A stretch of 64,000 bases of DNA from Macrostomum lignano (Eukaryota), in NCBI GenBank assembly GCA_002269645.1, contig NIVC01002397.1, positions 1 to 64,000 on the forward strand, written 5' to 3'. Positions within the stretch are counted from its first letter, which is position 1. Each line of letters begins with the position of its first letter. The notes below the pieces were generated by a model, which searched no databases, had not been told where the DNA came from, and worked only from the letters and a program-made list of their open reading frames with translations. Shown one piece after another: positions 12,901 to 25,905 of the stretch. The translations under genes were made by a program, and so were the position numbers.

Positions 12901-15900
12901 TGATCTCACTCATGAACTCACTCATGATCTCACTCATAAACTCACTCATGATCTCACTCATAAACTCAACCATGATCTCACTCATGAACTCAACCATGAT
13001 CTCACTCATAAACTCACTCATGATCTCACTCATGAACTCACTCATGATCTCACTCATGAACTCAACCATGATCTCACTCATGAACTCACTCATGATCTCA
13101 CTCATAAACTCACTCATGATCTCACTCATAAACTCAACCATGATCTCACTCATGAACTCACTCATGATCTCACTCATGATCTCACTCATGAACTCACTCA
13201 TGAACTCACTCATGAACTCACTCATGATCTCACTCATGATCTCACTCATCAACTCACTCATGATCTCACTCATGATCTCACTCATGATCTCACTCATGAT
13301 CTCACTCATGATCTCACTCATGATCTCACTCATGATCTCACTCATGATCTCACTCATGATCTCACTCATGATCTCACTCATGATCTCACCCATGATCTCA
13401 CCCATGATCTCACTCATGAACTCACTCATGAACTCACTCATGATCTCACTCATGATCTCACTCATGATCTCACTCATGATCTCACTCATGATCTCACTCT
13501 AAAGCTTACTCATAAAGTCAGTCATCAACTCACTCATCAACTCACTCATAAACTCACTCATAAACTCACTTATGAACTCACACATGAACACATTTTCAAT
13601 TAAGTGTATTTTAAACTTTTGAGCCACATCGGAATTAAATCTTAGTGTGCCTCGTATTAGCCTTGATATCTCATTTAGAGACTGGAGTATATTCTCTACT
13701 TACTGAGTCTATTTGCCTTTCATTTGCTACATCTGCTTTTTTATTGCTGGCAAACCTTAATGTACGTTGAGTATTAAACTACTGTTTTCTTTACCCATTA
13801 GCCTGTGTGTTAGCCACTTTTTTCAATTCATATTTGTGTTCCTATTTCTGCCAGTCTATTCTGTCCCTGTCATTTTAGACACTAAGTTCTCAACTCTCCT
13901 CTCTGACTAGCTATATCTCCGCAGGTTTCTTATTTGCTACACAGCATGGGCGTACAGGGAAACTACAATTTCGTAGAGAGGGAGGGAGAGAGGGGGGCTT
14001 AGTGCAGTGCAGCGGCAGTAGCGGGAAATGTATGTCTTGCGGACGGGGGGGGGGCTTCTTCTGTCCTTCCCGCTTACCCCATGGCAGACTTCTATCTAAT
14101 ACTTACTGTATATGTACGACTCTCGCCCCTCCTCTCTCTCTTCTTCTCTCCCTCTCGCGTGTCGTGTCCTTAAAATTGGCGTCGCCAACCTCTCTCTTTA
14201 CCCCTCTCTCTTACCCTCTCTACCCTCCTCGCCTAGGCCTCGCCTTGCCTCTCAGTTGCCTAAGTAGTTTTTAGAGGCAAATATGTCTGTGTCTGTCTGT
14301 CTGTCTGTCTGCCTGCCTGCCTCTGTCTAAACGCAGAAGCGGCAGCAGCAGTGTATAATAGCCAAAAAAAGGGGTTGGGTTGTTGGGTTGTTGCAGCACG
14401 TCGTGTTTCGCTTGTGCTAAAAGTCTGCAACAGCCAGAGGCGGCGTGGGGCTCTGTTTTTTGGTTGGGCGGGGGCGGGGGGTTGGCGCGATGTGGGGTGT
14501 GGGGGAGGCCAGGATGAGGGAGGCCTGGGGTTTGCGGCTTGGCCAAAGCCAGTGCTAGCAATAGGCAGCTTACATAGTAGTCTAGTCAGGCCTAGCATGC
14601 ACGCACACAAGGCACGCATTGCATGCAATGCAAGCCGGCTAGGCCAGCCCATTTGCTTTTCTGCTTTTGCGCCCAACCACCTCACCCCGTAGCGTGTCTT
14701 TGCCGTTGGCGGAGGGTAAGGGTTGTGACGGTGGGGGTGGGGGGAGGCGGAGAGGGAGAGCTTTATGCGCCAATCTTTTGCTTTTAGAACTTGAAAGCTA
14801 GAAAGAAAAGATAGATATTATATATATATATATCTGAGTTGTATTTGCTAGTTTGTGTGCATATCAAATATTTCAGCGTTTGTTATAGTTTAGATTTATT
14901 CTTGTTAGCTTATAAAAGCTCGGATCATTAATAATAATATTAGTATTAGTAGTAATTATAAATTAGTAAATGTAAACAAACAAAACAATATTTATAATAA
15001 TTTTCCAGCGCGAATTTGTCCAGTCAGCGAGGCATAACATCGAGTTTCTTTGTCAATAAGAATTGGTCGGATTTGGTGCTTGCCACTGATCGGCATATTT
15101 GGCTGAGTCATGTTGACGAGATTGGTGAGTTATTGCCTTTTTTGGTGTTATAAATAATTATTATTCATTTGTTTGTATCGCATCTGGGAGTCTGCAGGTT
15201 TTAAAGGATACGTTTGACAATATTAGACGAAGATTAGATGCAACTGAGAGAAGAGACCGATGAGAGCTGTGAGATGAGAATGACGGATACGTAGTTTATG
15301 AGAACCGGAAGAGACGTGATGCCTGAGAATGATATGAGATAAGGGACTTAAAAAGAGAGACGTGAGAATAAGGCGAGGGTAAGTTGTGAGACTTGAGAAG
15401 AGAGACGCAATGAGAGATGTGAGAAGGAGGGAGACGTGAGACCTGAGACATGAAACGTGAGAAGAGAGACTCGAGAAGGAAAGAGGCGTGTTACGTGAGA
15501 CATGAGAAGAAGACATACGCTACGAGAGACGTGAGAAGAGAGACTCGAGAAGAAGAAATATGTAAGGAGACGGATGCTAGGAGGGAGACGCGAAACGTGA
15601 GAAGAGAGACGTGAGAAGGAGAGAGACGTGAGACGTGAGAACTTGAGAAGAGACTCGAGAAGAAGAGACATGAGGAGACAGACGCTAGGAGAGAGACGTG
15701 AGACGTGAGAAGAGAGACTCTATAAGGAGAGAGACGTGAGACGTGAGAAGAGAGACTCGAGAAGGAGAGAGACGTGAGAAGAGAGACTCTAGAAGGAGAG
15801 AGACGTGAGATGTGAGAAGAGAGACTCGAGAAGGAGAGAGACGTGAGACGTGAGAAGAGAGACTCTAGAAAGAGAGAGACGTGAGGAGACAGACGCTAAA

Positions 15901-17271
15901 AAAGAGGCTAGGCGAGAGACGGAGAACTAGGCACCAGATGTATGACATTATCAAACAAATCCGAAAGTTACCATTTAGTCAAGCAAAATGTGAGGCGGGT
16001 TCAAGCCTAGTGCTACAGGGATAGACAGAGATTTATTAATATTGGCAGTAGTTAAAAATGTCAGATTTTCCAAGCCTGGCGCAGTTAGAAACTTAGAATT
16101 TCCTATTGGCATTCTGCGCATCCGGAAACAATTATAAATTGAAATTTTCTCTGCTAAAGTTAATTAGCCAGGTAGTCTTACAGACCATATATAGGTGATA
16201 ATGTTCAGTAGCTAAAAGTCCTAATGGTAGTATCTAGTGTCAATAAAGTTATTTAGCGTATGCCGCTATTCTCTCCACACTCTGCAGGGTCCAACAGAGA
16301 GGACCCATCTAGCGCAGTCTATCGCTGCCAGGTTGCGGCAGGCCAATACGCCTTCGTGAAGACGCGCAGCAAGTTGTGGCCGGATAATAAGATTTTCTTA
16401 TCGACTCATTGTATTGTCAGGTGAGTAGTCATAAATCACTTTGATGGCGAGTGAAAATATCCTAATTAGGGGTATTGAAATTTAAAAATGAAAGAGTGAC
16501 AATGGGGGGCAATTTACAATAGGAGAGTGACAATGCGAGAGTGAGACTGAGGGGAGTGACAAATTGAGAGTGACAGTGGGAGAGTGAGACTGAGAGGAGT
16601 GGCAAATTAAGAGTTACAATGGGAGAGTGAGACTGAGGGGAGTGACAAATTGAGAGTGACAGTGGGAGAGTGAGACTGAGAGGAGTGGCAAATTAAGAGT
16701 TACAATGGGAGAGTGAGACTGAGGGGAGTGACAAATTGAGAGTGACAGTGGGAGAGTGAGACTGAGGGGAGTGACAAATTGAGAGTGACAGTGGGAGAGT
16801 GAGACTGAGGGGAGTGGCAAATTGAGTGACAATGGGAGTGGCAATGGCCATTCTCGATTTCATCCGCAGGGACTGCGAGGCCGAAAGCGATCTGAAGGGC
16901 ACCGCTTCAGCCAGCCTGTTGAAACGCATGTACGCCGCAACCGCCGCGCCATCGGCTGCAGCGGCGGCCGCATCTTCGGCCAGTTCAGCTGCATCAACAA
17001 CTGGTGCTCCTCAGGCTAGCGCGGCATCCGCCGCAACCTCGACTGCGTCCCTGAATAGCGCCGTCCAGTCGAACTATCAGCCTCTGCCGCAGGACCTAGA
17101 AGATTTTTTAGGCCTATCGGCGCAAAGGCAGCCCCAGCAGCAGCAGCAGATGCGTTCTCCCACTTTCATTAGTCCTAGTCCTGGCGCCCCTAGTAGCAAT
17201 ATTCGATACAATTCCGGACCTAATTCTGCAACAGCTGCTTCTTCAACAGTTCAGCAGCAGCAGCAGCAGCA

Positions 17272-17304
<33 letters not shown>

Positions 17305-17392
17305 GCCTTCGTCGCAACAGCAACAGCAACAGCACACTAGTTACAGATTACCTGGAACAGCCTCTAGTATGTTCAATCGATCAGCTGTGCAA

Positions 17393-17424
<32 letters not shown>

Positions 17425-17473
17425 GCAGCACCAGCATAGTTATCTGTCTAACGTACTGATGAGTCCAAACTCT

Positions 17474-17537
<64 letters not shown>

Positions 17538-17730
17538 TGCCACTACCGCAGAGAAACGATATTAAACAACAGGTTTGCGTATTTTCATGATCTGTTTGAT
17601 TTGTGACTTGAACATTTAGATAAGATAGATGAGAATTATAATATACAACAGAGGATGATAATTATTGAATCGATAGATAGACATGTAGACAAAAAGACAG
17701 ACAGACAGATAAATAGACCGATAGACAGTC

Positions 17731-17761
<31 letters not shown>

Positions 17762-17770
17762 AAGACAGGC

Positions 17771-17801
<31 letters not shown>

Positions 17802-17830
17802 AAGACAGGCAGACAGACAGACAAACAGAA

Positions 17831-17877
<47 letters not shown>

Positions 17878-17918
17878 AAGACAGGCAGACAGACAGACAA
17901 ACAGAAAGACAGACAGAA

Positions 17919-17967
<49 letters not shown>

Positions 17968-20023
17968 TCTCTGAGTGATTCCAATTGCGACCTGAAAGTT
18001 CCCTCAATGCCTAAGAATTAATCCCAACTACCGCAGGTGCTGGCAAACCTGGACGAGCGGGACCGCCAGGAGCTGATCAAGCTGGGCGTTCTCTATCGCA
18101 ATTTCAGCAAACCCAATCCGGAGAAGGCGGCAGAAATACGCAACAAAATGATGGACATCTGGAAGCCGCATTTCGGCGGCCACGATAAATTTATGAGCCA
18201 ACTTAGCGAAGCCAATGTCGAGCGCAGAATGCTGACGGGCCCTGGTGCCTCAACTAGTACTCGGGCCAGCCCTGTGCTGTATCCTAATCCGCCAGATTAT
18301 CAGCAGGCTGTAGCTACATCAGCCTCCGCCTCGGCCGCTGTTGTAGCCCGCAGTCCAGACGCGAACGCTCGCTCGCCGGAGCCTGGGCCGGGCCGAAGCC
18401 CGCCAGAAATTCCTCAGAGCACTACAGGAGACGGCGGAGCCCCTGGTGATGAGATAAAGCCGTATAGTAATAAGCAGCCTATGGCTCAGTTGTCAGCTAT
18501 GCAGCAGCAGCAGCAGCAACAACAACAACAGAAGCGCCAGTCGCAAGGCTCCCTATTGATGGAGCTACTAAACGGCCCCAGCGCACACTCTAGCGCCGTC
18601 ACTAAGAACCGGCAGTCTTTTCAGGTTATTATTATTATTAGTTTTTCATACAGAAAGATAGCGCTTCAATCGCGTTGATTAATAGGGGAAATTACAGATT
18701 AAATTATTTTTTTTATCCTTTTTTAACTGTATGGGATGTTTTATAGCAGAAAAAAGAGGCAAGCATCCTGCTGTCTTGCTTTAATTTGAGATTGGGTGTG
18801 GCTCCGGCCTGGGTCCCTATCTTTTCCCGCCTATTCACCTGATGTTTGCCTCTGTTCCTCAACGCGCTTTCTCTCATCCCATCTGCCTTTTCTTCCTCTT
18901 CCCATGCTCCCTCTTCTCACTGAAATCCCTTTTTTTCTCCCCGGGCTGAGTGCACGCTTCGCCACTTATCGCCTCAATCCTCATATTGTTAGACACCTGC
19001 CCCGTGTTTAATCAGAATTATGAGGCTTCCCCTTTTATTTATTAATTCTTCGATAAAGCAGCGCTTTTTTAGAGAAACCCTTCTTTTATGCATTAGCAAT
19101 TCCAACGTGTAATTATTACATTATGCCTCCCAGATTCTCCATTGCTGGGCCAGCCTCCCAGATCTTCCATTGCTGAACTGCCAGCTTCCCAGATCCCCAA
19201 TTGCTGGGCCAGCCTCCAGGATCCTCATGTGCTGGGCCAGCCTCATAGATCCTCCATTGCTGGGCCAGCCTCCCAGATCCTCCATTGCTGGGCTGCCAGC
19301 GTCCCAGATCCCCAGTTGCTGGGCCAGCTTCCAAGATCCTCATGTGCTGGGCCAGCCCCCAGATCCCCAGTTGCTGGGCCAGCTTCCAAGATCCTCATGT
19401 GCTGGGCCAGCCTCCCAGATCCCCAGTTGCTGGGCCAGGCTCCCAGATTCCCAGTTGCTGGGCGAGCCTCCCAGATCCCCAGTTGCTGGGCGAGCCTCCC
19501 AGATTCCCAGTTGCTGGGCCAGCCTCCCAGATCCCCAGTTGCTGGGCGAGCCTCCCAGATCCCCAGTTGCTAGGCCAGCCTCCCAGATCCTCCATTGCTT
19601 GGCCAGCCTCCCATATTTTCAGTTGCGATGTCAATTGAGATGTCATTAAGATGTCAATCGCCGCAAATCATTATGTTAATAAACATACAGAGAAATTAGT
19701 AGATCTATGAAACACGTGCACTATGACTATATTTCAATTTTCTAATTCTCAACACGCAGGCCATGCTCCGGAGCAAGGAGTCGCAGAGCAAAACCGAACA
19801 GGTGACGTCCACTACACCGGGCGTTGCATCCACGGCTGGCGGAGGCGGCGGAACTGTCGGCTTGAGCAACTCCGTTGGCGGATTCGGCGGCAGTCTGGTG
19901 GGCCAAGCCCTTTCTCAAGTTGATGACGATCCATTAAATTCCTACTTTAGCGAGCCGTCGGTTAGCGGCTGCGGCGATCCGCCATCAAATAGTTCAACTT
20001 CGTCTCAGCAGCATCTGTTGAAT

Positions 20024-20066
<43 letters not shown>

Positions 20067-20988
20067 TGATACATCAACAGAGGAAGCGCCAGCCGTCCGA
20101 CCGCGGCAATCCAGACAGCAGCACGGACGGCCGGCCGCCGCCTAGGAAGTCAATTAAACACGAGCCCGGCTCGTCTTCTACTAGAGTGCCGTCAGTTGGT
20201 CAGGACATCCTGAAGTCTAATATGCTGCTAGCTAATTTATTGAATGGGCCTAGTACAGTTGGCGGAACAACTCCGACCAGTGCCCCTTCCGGTTTGAGCA
20301 GACCAGCTCCTCAATCGACATCGTCGCATTCCGAGACGCGGCATCAGCTGCAACAACAACAACAGCAACAGCAGCAAGCTAAGCCTAATTTAGCCACCCA
20401 ATCAAGCAATTCGGACAGCAACGAATTAGAGATAATTAGCGAATTCTTGGCTAGCATTAGCGGTGAAAATAATAGTAATAAACAGAATCAATCGATTCCA
20501 GCTTCCTCCTCTTCTTCATCGGTCGCACCTGGGAGTTTAGCTAATTCGCTTGGTACTAGCCGCGATTTAATTGGCGCAGACGATTATGTTATGGCCCAGT
20601 TGAGCAGTACTTTCCTTTCCACAAGCTCTGCTCAGCCTTACAGCAGCAGCTCAGGCATACGGCAGCATCATCAATCGCAGCCGCAATCTACAACTGCTAT
20701 TAGCGGCAACAATAATAACAACAATAATAATAAAAATAATAATAGTAGTTGGTCTGTTAATCCTGAGGCTGTTAAAAAATTGGCTGATCAGTTTAAAACT
20801 GAAGCAGAGATCACGCATCAGCAGCAGCAACAGCAGCAACAGCAGTTTCAACAGCATCGTCAGTTTGCTCCTGCATCACCAATGACATCTCGTCCGCAGC
20901 AGCAGCAACAGCCACAGCTTAGCTGCCGATCAAACATGCCATTCTCTGCACAGATGCGAGAATTCGCTGTGCCGCCTAATGTTAAACT

Positions 20989-21023
<35 letters not shown>

Positions 21024-21613
21024 TTATCCAGCAAATGCAGCAAACTGCGCCACCTCCGCCACCCTATCCGCAGCAAACTCAGCAACAGCAGTTGCGATGG
21101 CAGCAACAGCAACCACAGATGCAACAACAGCAGCAACAACAGGTAGTATCCAGCGCTCCTCCATCAATTGTATTTAGCAGTGCGGCTACATCTTCTGTCT
21201 CATCTGGCTCTATAGGCATGCCACAGCAGCAGCCAATCAATAGCAGCATTAGCATTAAAAATGAGCTCAGACAGAAGATTGTGAATCGGTCACCTGGCGA
21301 GCATCACCAGCTGCAGCAACAGCAGATGTTAGCCAGATCTGCTGCGTCAAGCGCTGCGTCTGCTTCTGCGGCTGCTTCAAACGCTACGACATCCATTGCG
21401 TCTAGTGTTGGCCTCCAGCTGCCGCTGAATCTGTTCCCGCCGCAGCATTCTCATTCCATGGCTCCCATTAGTCAGCATCAGCAGCACCAGTTTTCTCAGC
21501 ATCACCAGCATCAGCATCAGATGCAGCAGCAGCAGCAGCAGCCGCAGCTCAACAATTCTCAGGTTTCTATGTCGATGATATCGCCTCAGCAACAGCAATT
21601 GACTCCGCCGCTT

Positions 21614-21645
<32 letters not shown>

Positions 21646-22627
21646 GCAGCAGAAACTGCAACAGGCTCACATGCTGCATCAGCAACAGCAACAGCAGCAG
21701 CAGCCGCCGCCTCCGCCACATTCGCAGCTGTCAGCTGTATCTGCAGCAACTACTGCAGCCCCGTCACCATCGAATGCCGGCCCAGTGCTGCCGCAGGATG
21801 TTCTTGACATCATCTTGGATATGGAAGCTCAGCATCCGCTGCAGGCGCTGCCGCAGGCTCAGCCTCCGCCTCCGCAGTTGCCGCCTCCGCCGTTGCCGCC
21901 TCCGTCGCAGATGCCTCCACTTTCTCAGCGTCTTCAACAACAACAGCAGCAGCAACAGCAGCAGTACTCTACAGCTTCCTCCTCGCGTTCTCGTCAACAG
22001 ATTCAACCGCAGTCGCCTCTGTCGGTAATCGCCGATTCTCCTGGTTCGGCGGCTTCGACGAACCGGCGCAGTGGCTCCCAGCAGCAGCCGATGTCGTCGC
22101 CATTCGTTTCGCCGGCTGCTTTCGCTGCGGGCTCCCCAATGGACGCCATGCTGAGCAGTCGGCAGCAGCAGCAGCACCAACAACCGAGTCCCGCTCTGTC
22201 TGGCGGCAATCCATCCACGCCTACAACTCCTCAGCATCAGCATCATCATCATCACCATCATCATCATGTACATCCGCATCAGCATCAGCATCATCACCAC
22301 CATCAGCAGCAACAGCTAATGCTTCATAATCGGCATCAGAGTGCTCCGGACTCGACCACTCCTGCTAGAACACCAGACGACGGCTCAGTGCTGATGCAGC
22401 ATCAGCACCAGCATCAGCACCATCACCATCATCAGCATAAGCATCACCTGCATCATCAGCATCAGCACCAGCAACCATCGCCCCAGATTCAACCACAACT
22501 ACAACAACAACAACAGAATCAGGCTCAGCAGACGCAACCGCCTTCTGTTGGTCGATCATCATCGGCATCTGGTGGCAGCGGCAGTGGCAGCGGCGGAGGC
22601 CTACTAGAGCGACTGTTGAGCACCTGA
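6995..22627 (+). CDS. NCOA: p160/SRC/Taiman-like nuclear receptor coactivator (PAS-A, PAS-B, polyQ, LxxLL motifs), about 1908 aa in 9 coding exons
   Basis: Exons 6995-7381, 8004-8178, 8872-9027, 10229-10829, 15009-15124, 16288-16420, 16870-17572, 18037-18624, 19760-22627; all GT-AG with compatible phases (5727 nt total). PAS-A LLGSLILD/VIEGFLIVVTQSADIYYVSPNICNYVDYSVEDLMKTSFCSIVHPDD resembles SRC LGPLLLQALDGFLFVV. PAS-B end VYRCQVAAGQYAFVKTRSKLWPDNKIFLSTHCIVRD resembles SRC/Taiman YR...TKSKLF...STH. Three LxxLL boxes (LMELL, LANLL, C-terminal LERLL). Confidence 0.85.
7445..7590. repeat. Minisatellite, unit about 23 bp (tgtacagtgaagggagatggagg), NCOA intron 1
   Basis: About 6 degenerate copies. 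Confidence 0.8.
8225..8832. repeat. 21-bp minisatellite (tccccatttccaaccatagag), NCOA intron 2
   Basis: Direct tandem copies fill nearly the whole intron; 7-aa periodic shadow ORFs (ESPFPTI). Confidence 0.95.
9255..9915. repeat. 18-19-bp minisatellite (gggggttgtagcctagtg) continuous with the SINE 5' end
   Basis: About 35 copies; the last unit is the first nucleotides of the tRNA-like SINE head. Confidence 0.9.
9903..10215 (+). mobile_element. tRNA-derived SINE with CORE-like central domain
   Basis: Pol III A box TGGCCTAGTGG 9911-9921 and B box GGTTCGATTCC 9955-9965. The segment gtgtccttcagcaagacacttaac...tcagt...ctgtaaaatggg (about 9986-10045) resembles the MIR/CORE-SINE core. AT-rich tail to about 10215. 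Confidence 0.75.
10922..12030. repeat. 37/34-bp minisatellite (acagtagatagaggggtagaatagtgagacatggtag), NCOA intron 4
   Basis: About 30 copies with two interspersed length variants. Confidence 0.95.
12600..13590. repeat. 12-bp minisatellite (tcactcatgatc / tcactcatgaac), NCOA intron 4
   Basis: About 80 copies; gives the MSEI/SLMI shadow ORFs. Confidence 0.95.
15330..15930. repeat. Degenerate GAGACGTGAGAAGA-type tandem repeat, NCOA intron 5
   Basis: Purine-rich units of variable length built from gagacgtgag/aagagagactc. Confidence 0.8.
16495..16835. repeat. 43-bp minisatellite (gagagtgacagtgggagagtgagactgaggggagtgacaaatt), NCOA intron 6
   Basis: About 7 copies ending about 35 nt before the exon 7 acceptor. 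Confidence 0.9.
17690..17967. repeat. (AGAC)n microsatellite, NCOA intron 7
   Basis: Tetranucleotide run with occasional variants. Confidence 0.95.
19130..19615. repeat. 28-bp GC-rich minisatellite (gcctcccagatccccagttgctgggcca), NCOA intron 8
   Basis: About 17 copies; each unit contains a CCCAG-ttg-CTGGG mini-hairpin. Confidence 0.9.
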
Positions 22628-23033
22628 CGGAAGTCCTGTCATTGAATATCTGTTGGGTGTTTTGTCGAATATTGCTGCTTTTCATTATTAGTCTCTGCTT
22701 GTGCTTTTTCTCTCCATTTATGTTTGTCTCTCTGTGTATGCGTGTTACGATTATAGTGCCACAAGATGTCCGTTCATTCCTTTTTGTGTTTTTGTAGCCT
22801 AAAAGAGAAGAAGTTATTGATAACAAAGCACGAAGAAATTAAAAAAACAGTCTTGCTTAAAAGACCTGCCCCGTCTACTTTCATTTTGTATTGCGCTGTT
22901 TGATATAATTGATTAATTATTTTTTTCTCTGTTAATAAATTATTTAACTTGTGGGTCTCATTAATCTACAAGCGTATTGAGCTTGCGTTTCTCCAGTCTA
23001 CTGAAATTTTACTAATAAACTATTTCTTTATAT

Positions 23034-23462
23034 CACAGATACTAGAATAACTAGGTGGGCCACTCAGCACATTTGCGTGTAAACTACTTTCAGTTCAGTA
23101 GTAGGCTAGACCGAAGCATTTTAATGTATTTTTAAAGCCAAGGCTTATTCATTAGCTCTCTTTAGCTTCAACCCTCTAAGCGCGCCTTTCCACACTACCC
23201 CCTCCTCGCCCCGAATTTCATTGCCTTTCTCGGAATTCCAGCCTAAAGCTGCAATGTACATTTCAGTGGACTGGCCAATGTACAGTATTGCTGAACCAAT
23301 TAGCAAGTTGTTTACGCCTGCAAGCTTGGGCTTCTAAACCTATCAAATAGCTGGCTTTATTTTTATAAAATAGCTTATGTATTATTCTTTGCTACTGAAC
23401 TGAAAGTAAAAAGATGTACCCGATAAGCCTGAGTGGCCCATCTAGCTATTTTATAATCTGTG
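23034..23462. mobile_element. MITE-like long inverted repeat in the presumed NCOA 3' UTR
   Basis: Arms 23034-23101 and 23392-23462 are imperfect reverse complements: cacagat, aata.ctag.tggg(g)ccactcag and a perfect 16-mer actttcagttcagtag all match. No clear TSD. Confidence 0.65.
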
Positions 23463-24441
23463 GTTTATAATTGATGCACCCGACCTTCTATTCTCTATAA
23501 TGCTCGTCGCGATTTTTCTTACTATCTACGATGCTTATTATATTGTCTGCTTTGTTTGTCAGGTAAACCTCAAATGCGCTTGCCAGATTGTTACCTACAA
23601 GTCATATATTATTGTCACTATTGTCATATATATAGCCCGGAAAGTAAGATCACTATATAGTTGAAAGTAAAATAATAGAAAAGTAATGAGACTGCAAAAT
23701 TAAATTTTAATAATTATCTATTGTTTTCATTAACAACTTAGTTGGTTGTAAAGACCACTGTATTCAATATGTAATAATTGTGTCATTATTTTTTCAAGAA
23801 TATATGTAATCTTTAAAAATTATGAAACGTCGTCCATTTGAGTTCACTGTATATTTAAAAAACAGTATATGAATTATCAATAAATAAAGATTAATAAACT
23901 AAGTTTATAGGTTTTTTAATTACTTTGAATATCTTTTCAAAAATTTATAGAACAGCTGGTGGACCATGCATATATATTATAATGTTCTATAACGACTAAA
24001 ACACAATATTTTTGTTTGTTATTCCTACTCCCTCTGTTTTCCTTGTAACACATATTTTTGTAATAATAACGCATATTTCTATTTCTGTCGCTTCAGGACT
24101 ATTCGATGTTGAATAATAAAACAAATAATTGATTTATTAACTAATATTGCCAATCTGCTTTTTCAACAAGTATATTTGTGTCATATATACGTATATTTGT
24201 TTGCTTAACAAACTTATAATTTGAACAGTTTTAATAATTTGAAAATACAATAAAACGCTTAGCATACTACTTGTTTTGGCGCTTGATTATTGTCGTTGGC
24301 TATTTGCATTTTATTTTTTATTTTCAATGGTTTCTTTATTCCTATAATTAATATATTCTTGCTCGAGAATTTATTTAATGATGGATGGCAGGAATTATAT
24401 TATTTTGATTAATGAAATAATTATCATTTAAGGATTTATAG

Positions 24442-24442
<1 letters not shown>

Positions 24443-24483
<41 letters not shown>
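24443..24483. repeat. (TA)n microsatellite
   Basis: About 20 TA units. Confidence 0.95.
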
Positions 24484-24485
<2 letters not shown>

Positions 24486-25191
24486 TATTTGTTTTTGTTT
24501 TTGTAGTTTTCATCTTTGAGCCTAGAGAGCAAGAGAGTGAAATCGGAATTATTAGTTTGAAAAGGATTTTTTATTATTTTTCTCTGCTGTATATTTTATA
24601 TAAATACTAGCTATGACTTGTTTTTTTCTAGACCTGCGCCCCTTTGAGAATTTTTATAGTTATAAATCATTATAATCCATGGTTTCTCTCTATCTGAGAA
24701 TGACCAAAATAATCTTAAGATTTCTCTTTTAGTGGGCACTATATTTTATCATTGTCAACGAACTTTGTTTTTTACTTTTTTATTATACAGAAATAAATAT
24801 TCAAAAACCGATTCTGTACAGTTCTTGTCTATAAACATATTGTGTGCGCAATGTTCAGGGTGTCCTCTACAACTTGCTTGTGTAAAAAATGTTCTTTTTC
24901 CTCAATGCAATGTAACTCTCTTCATTAGGCCTTTTTTATAAAACAATATTTTAATGTACTTTTGCAATGTAACAATTTGTAACTGTGTAATATAGTGTGA
25001 GTTATAATGTACTAATAAAACAGTTTAACTAATATAATGGATAATTTATGTCTGCGAAAAAAGCCTGTCTAATAAATTATAATTTGTTAATAAATATATC
25101 TCTGTAACTTTGTCTATTATTAGTGAAATCCCGTACTATTAAGATTGTGAATCAATTTATATATATGCATATGCATTGATACAAACTATGA

Positions 25192-25197
25192 ATAAAG
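25192..25197 (+). terminator. Candidate polyadenylation signal for NCOA (alternatives near 25014 and 25070)
   Basis: AATAAA hexamers at the end of about 2.5 kb of AT-rich sequence after the stop codon; not validated. Confidence 0.35.
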
Positions 25198-25479
25198 TAT
25201 ACTTCAGTTGTTATATAGTCACGACTTGTCCAGCTTTTGTCTTGTGCTTCGCGTTATGCCCTATGATGCGGTTCATTGCACACTATGTCAGTGTTTTCAT
25301 TTCATTCATATTACTTATAGGCAACAGTTTAGTATCTAGGTCCTGTAAATTCTAGTTATATAGATGTTGTCACAGATTTCAGTACTTCTCGAATAAATAC
25401 CAAATTTTCAAAAAATCATCACATCATCACTGAGCATCCGTGTTGCTCAATAATGTAATAATTAAAAAGCACTGTTAAT

Positions 25480-25905
25480 CATCAAATCATCAATAATCGT
25501 TGCAACAATCGTAAAGTTATCAATAATCATTGCAGCAATCATTAAATCATCGATTATAATTTCAGCAATCATCAAATCATCAATAATCATTGCAGCAATC
25601 ATCAAATCATCAATCATCGTTGCAGATATCATCAACTTATCAATAATCATTGCAGCAATCATCAAATCATCAATAATCATTGCAGCAATCATCAAATCAT
25701 CAATCATCGTTGCAGATATCATCAACTTATCAATAATCATTGCAGCAATCATCAAATCATCAATAATCATTGCAGCAATCATCAAATCATCAATAATCAT
25801 TGCAGCAATCATTAAATCATCGATTATAATTTCAGCAATCATCAAATCATCAATAATCATTGCAGCAATCATCAAATCATCGATAATCATTGCAGCAATC
25901 ATGAT
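25480..25905. repeat. 30-bp minisatellite (atcatcaataatcattgcagcaatcatcaa) between NCOA and TRIT1
   Basis: About 14 copies; 10-aa periodic shadow ORF (MIAAMIIDDL). Confidence 0.9.

Noticed and set aside
8198-13502. Long periodic ORFs (MVGNGDS, MSHYSTPLSTV, MSEIMSEF etc.), also those at 36660-39016, 48015-48749 and 58399-59510
   Set aside because: Translations of stop-free minisatellites inside introns or intergenic DNA.
20651-22826. Antisense and alternative-frame ORFs over NCOA exon 9 and PCNX exon 1
   Set aside because: Shadow ORFs of CAG/GC-rich coding sequence.
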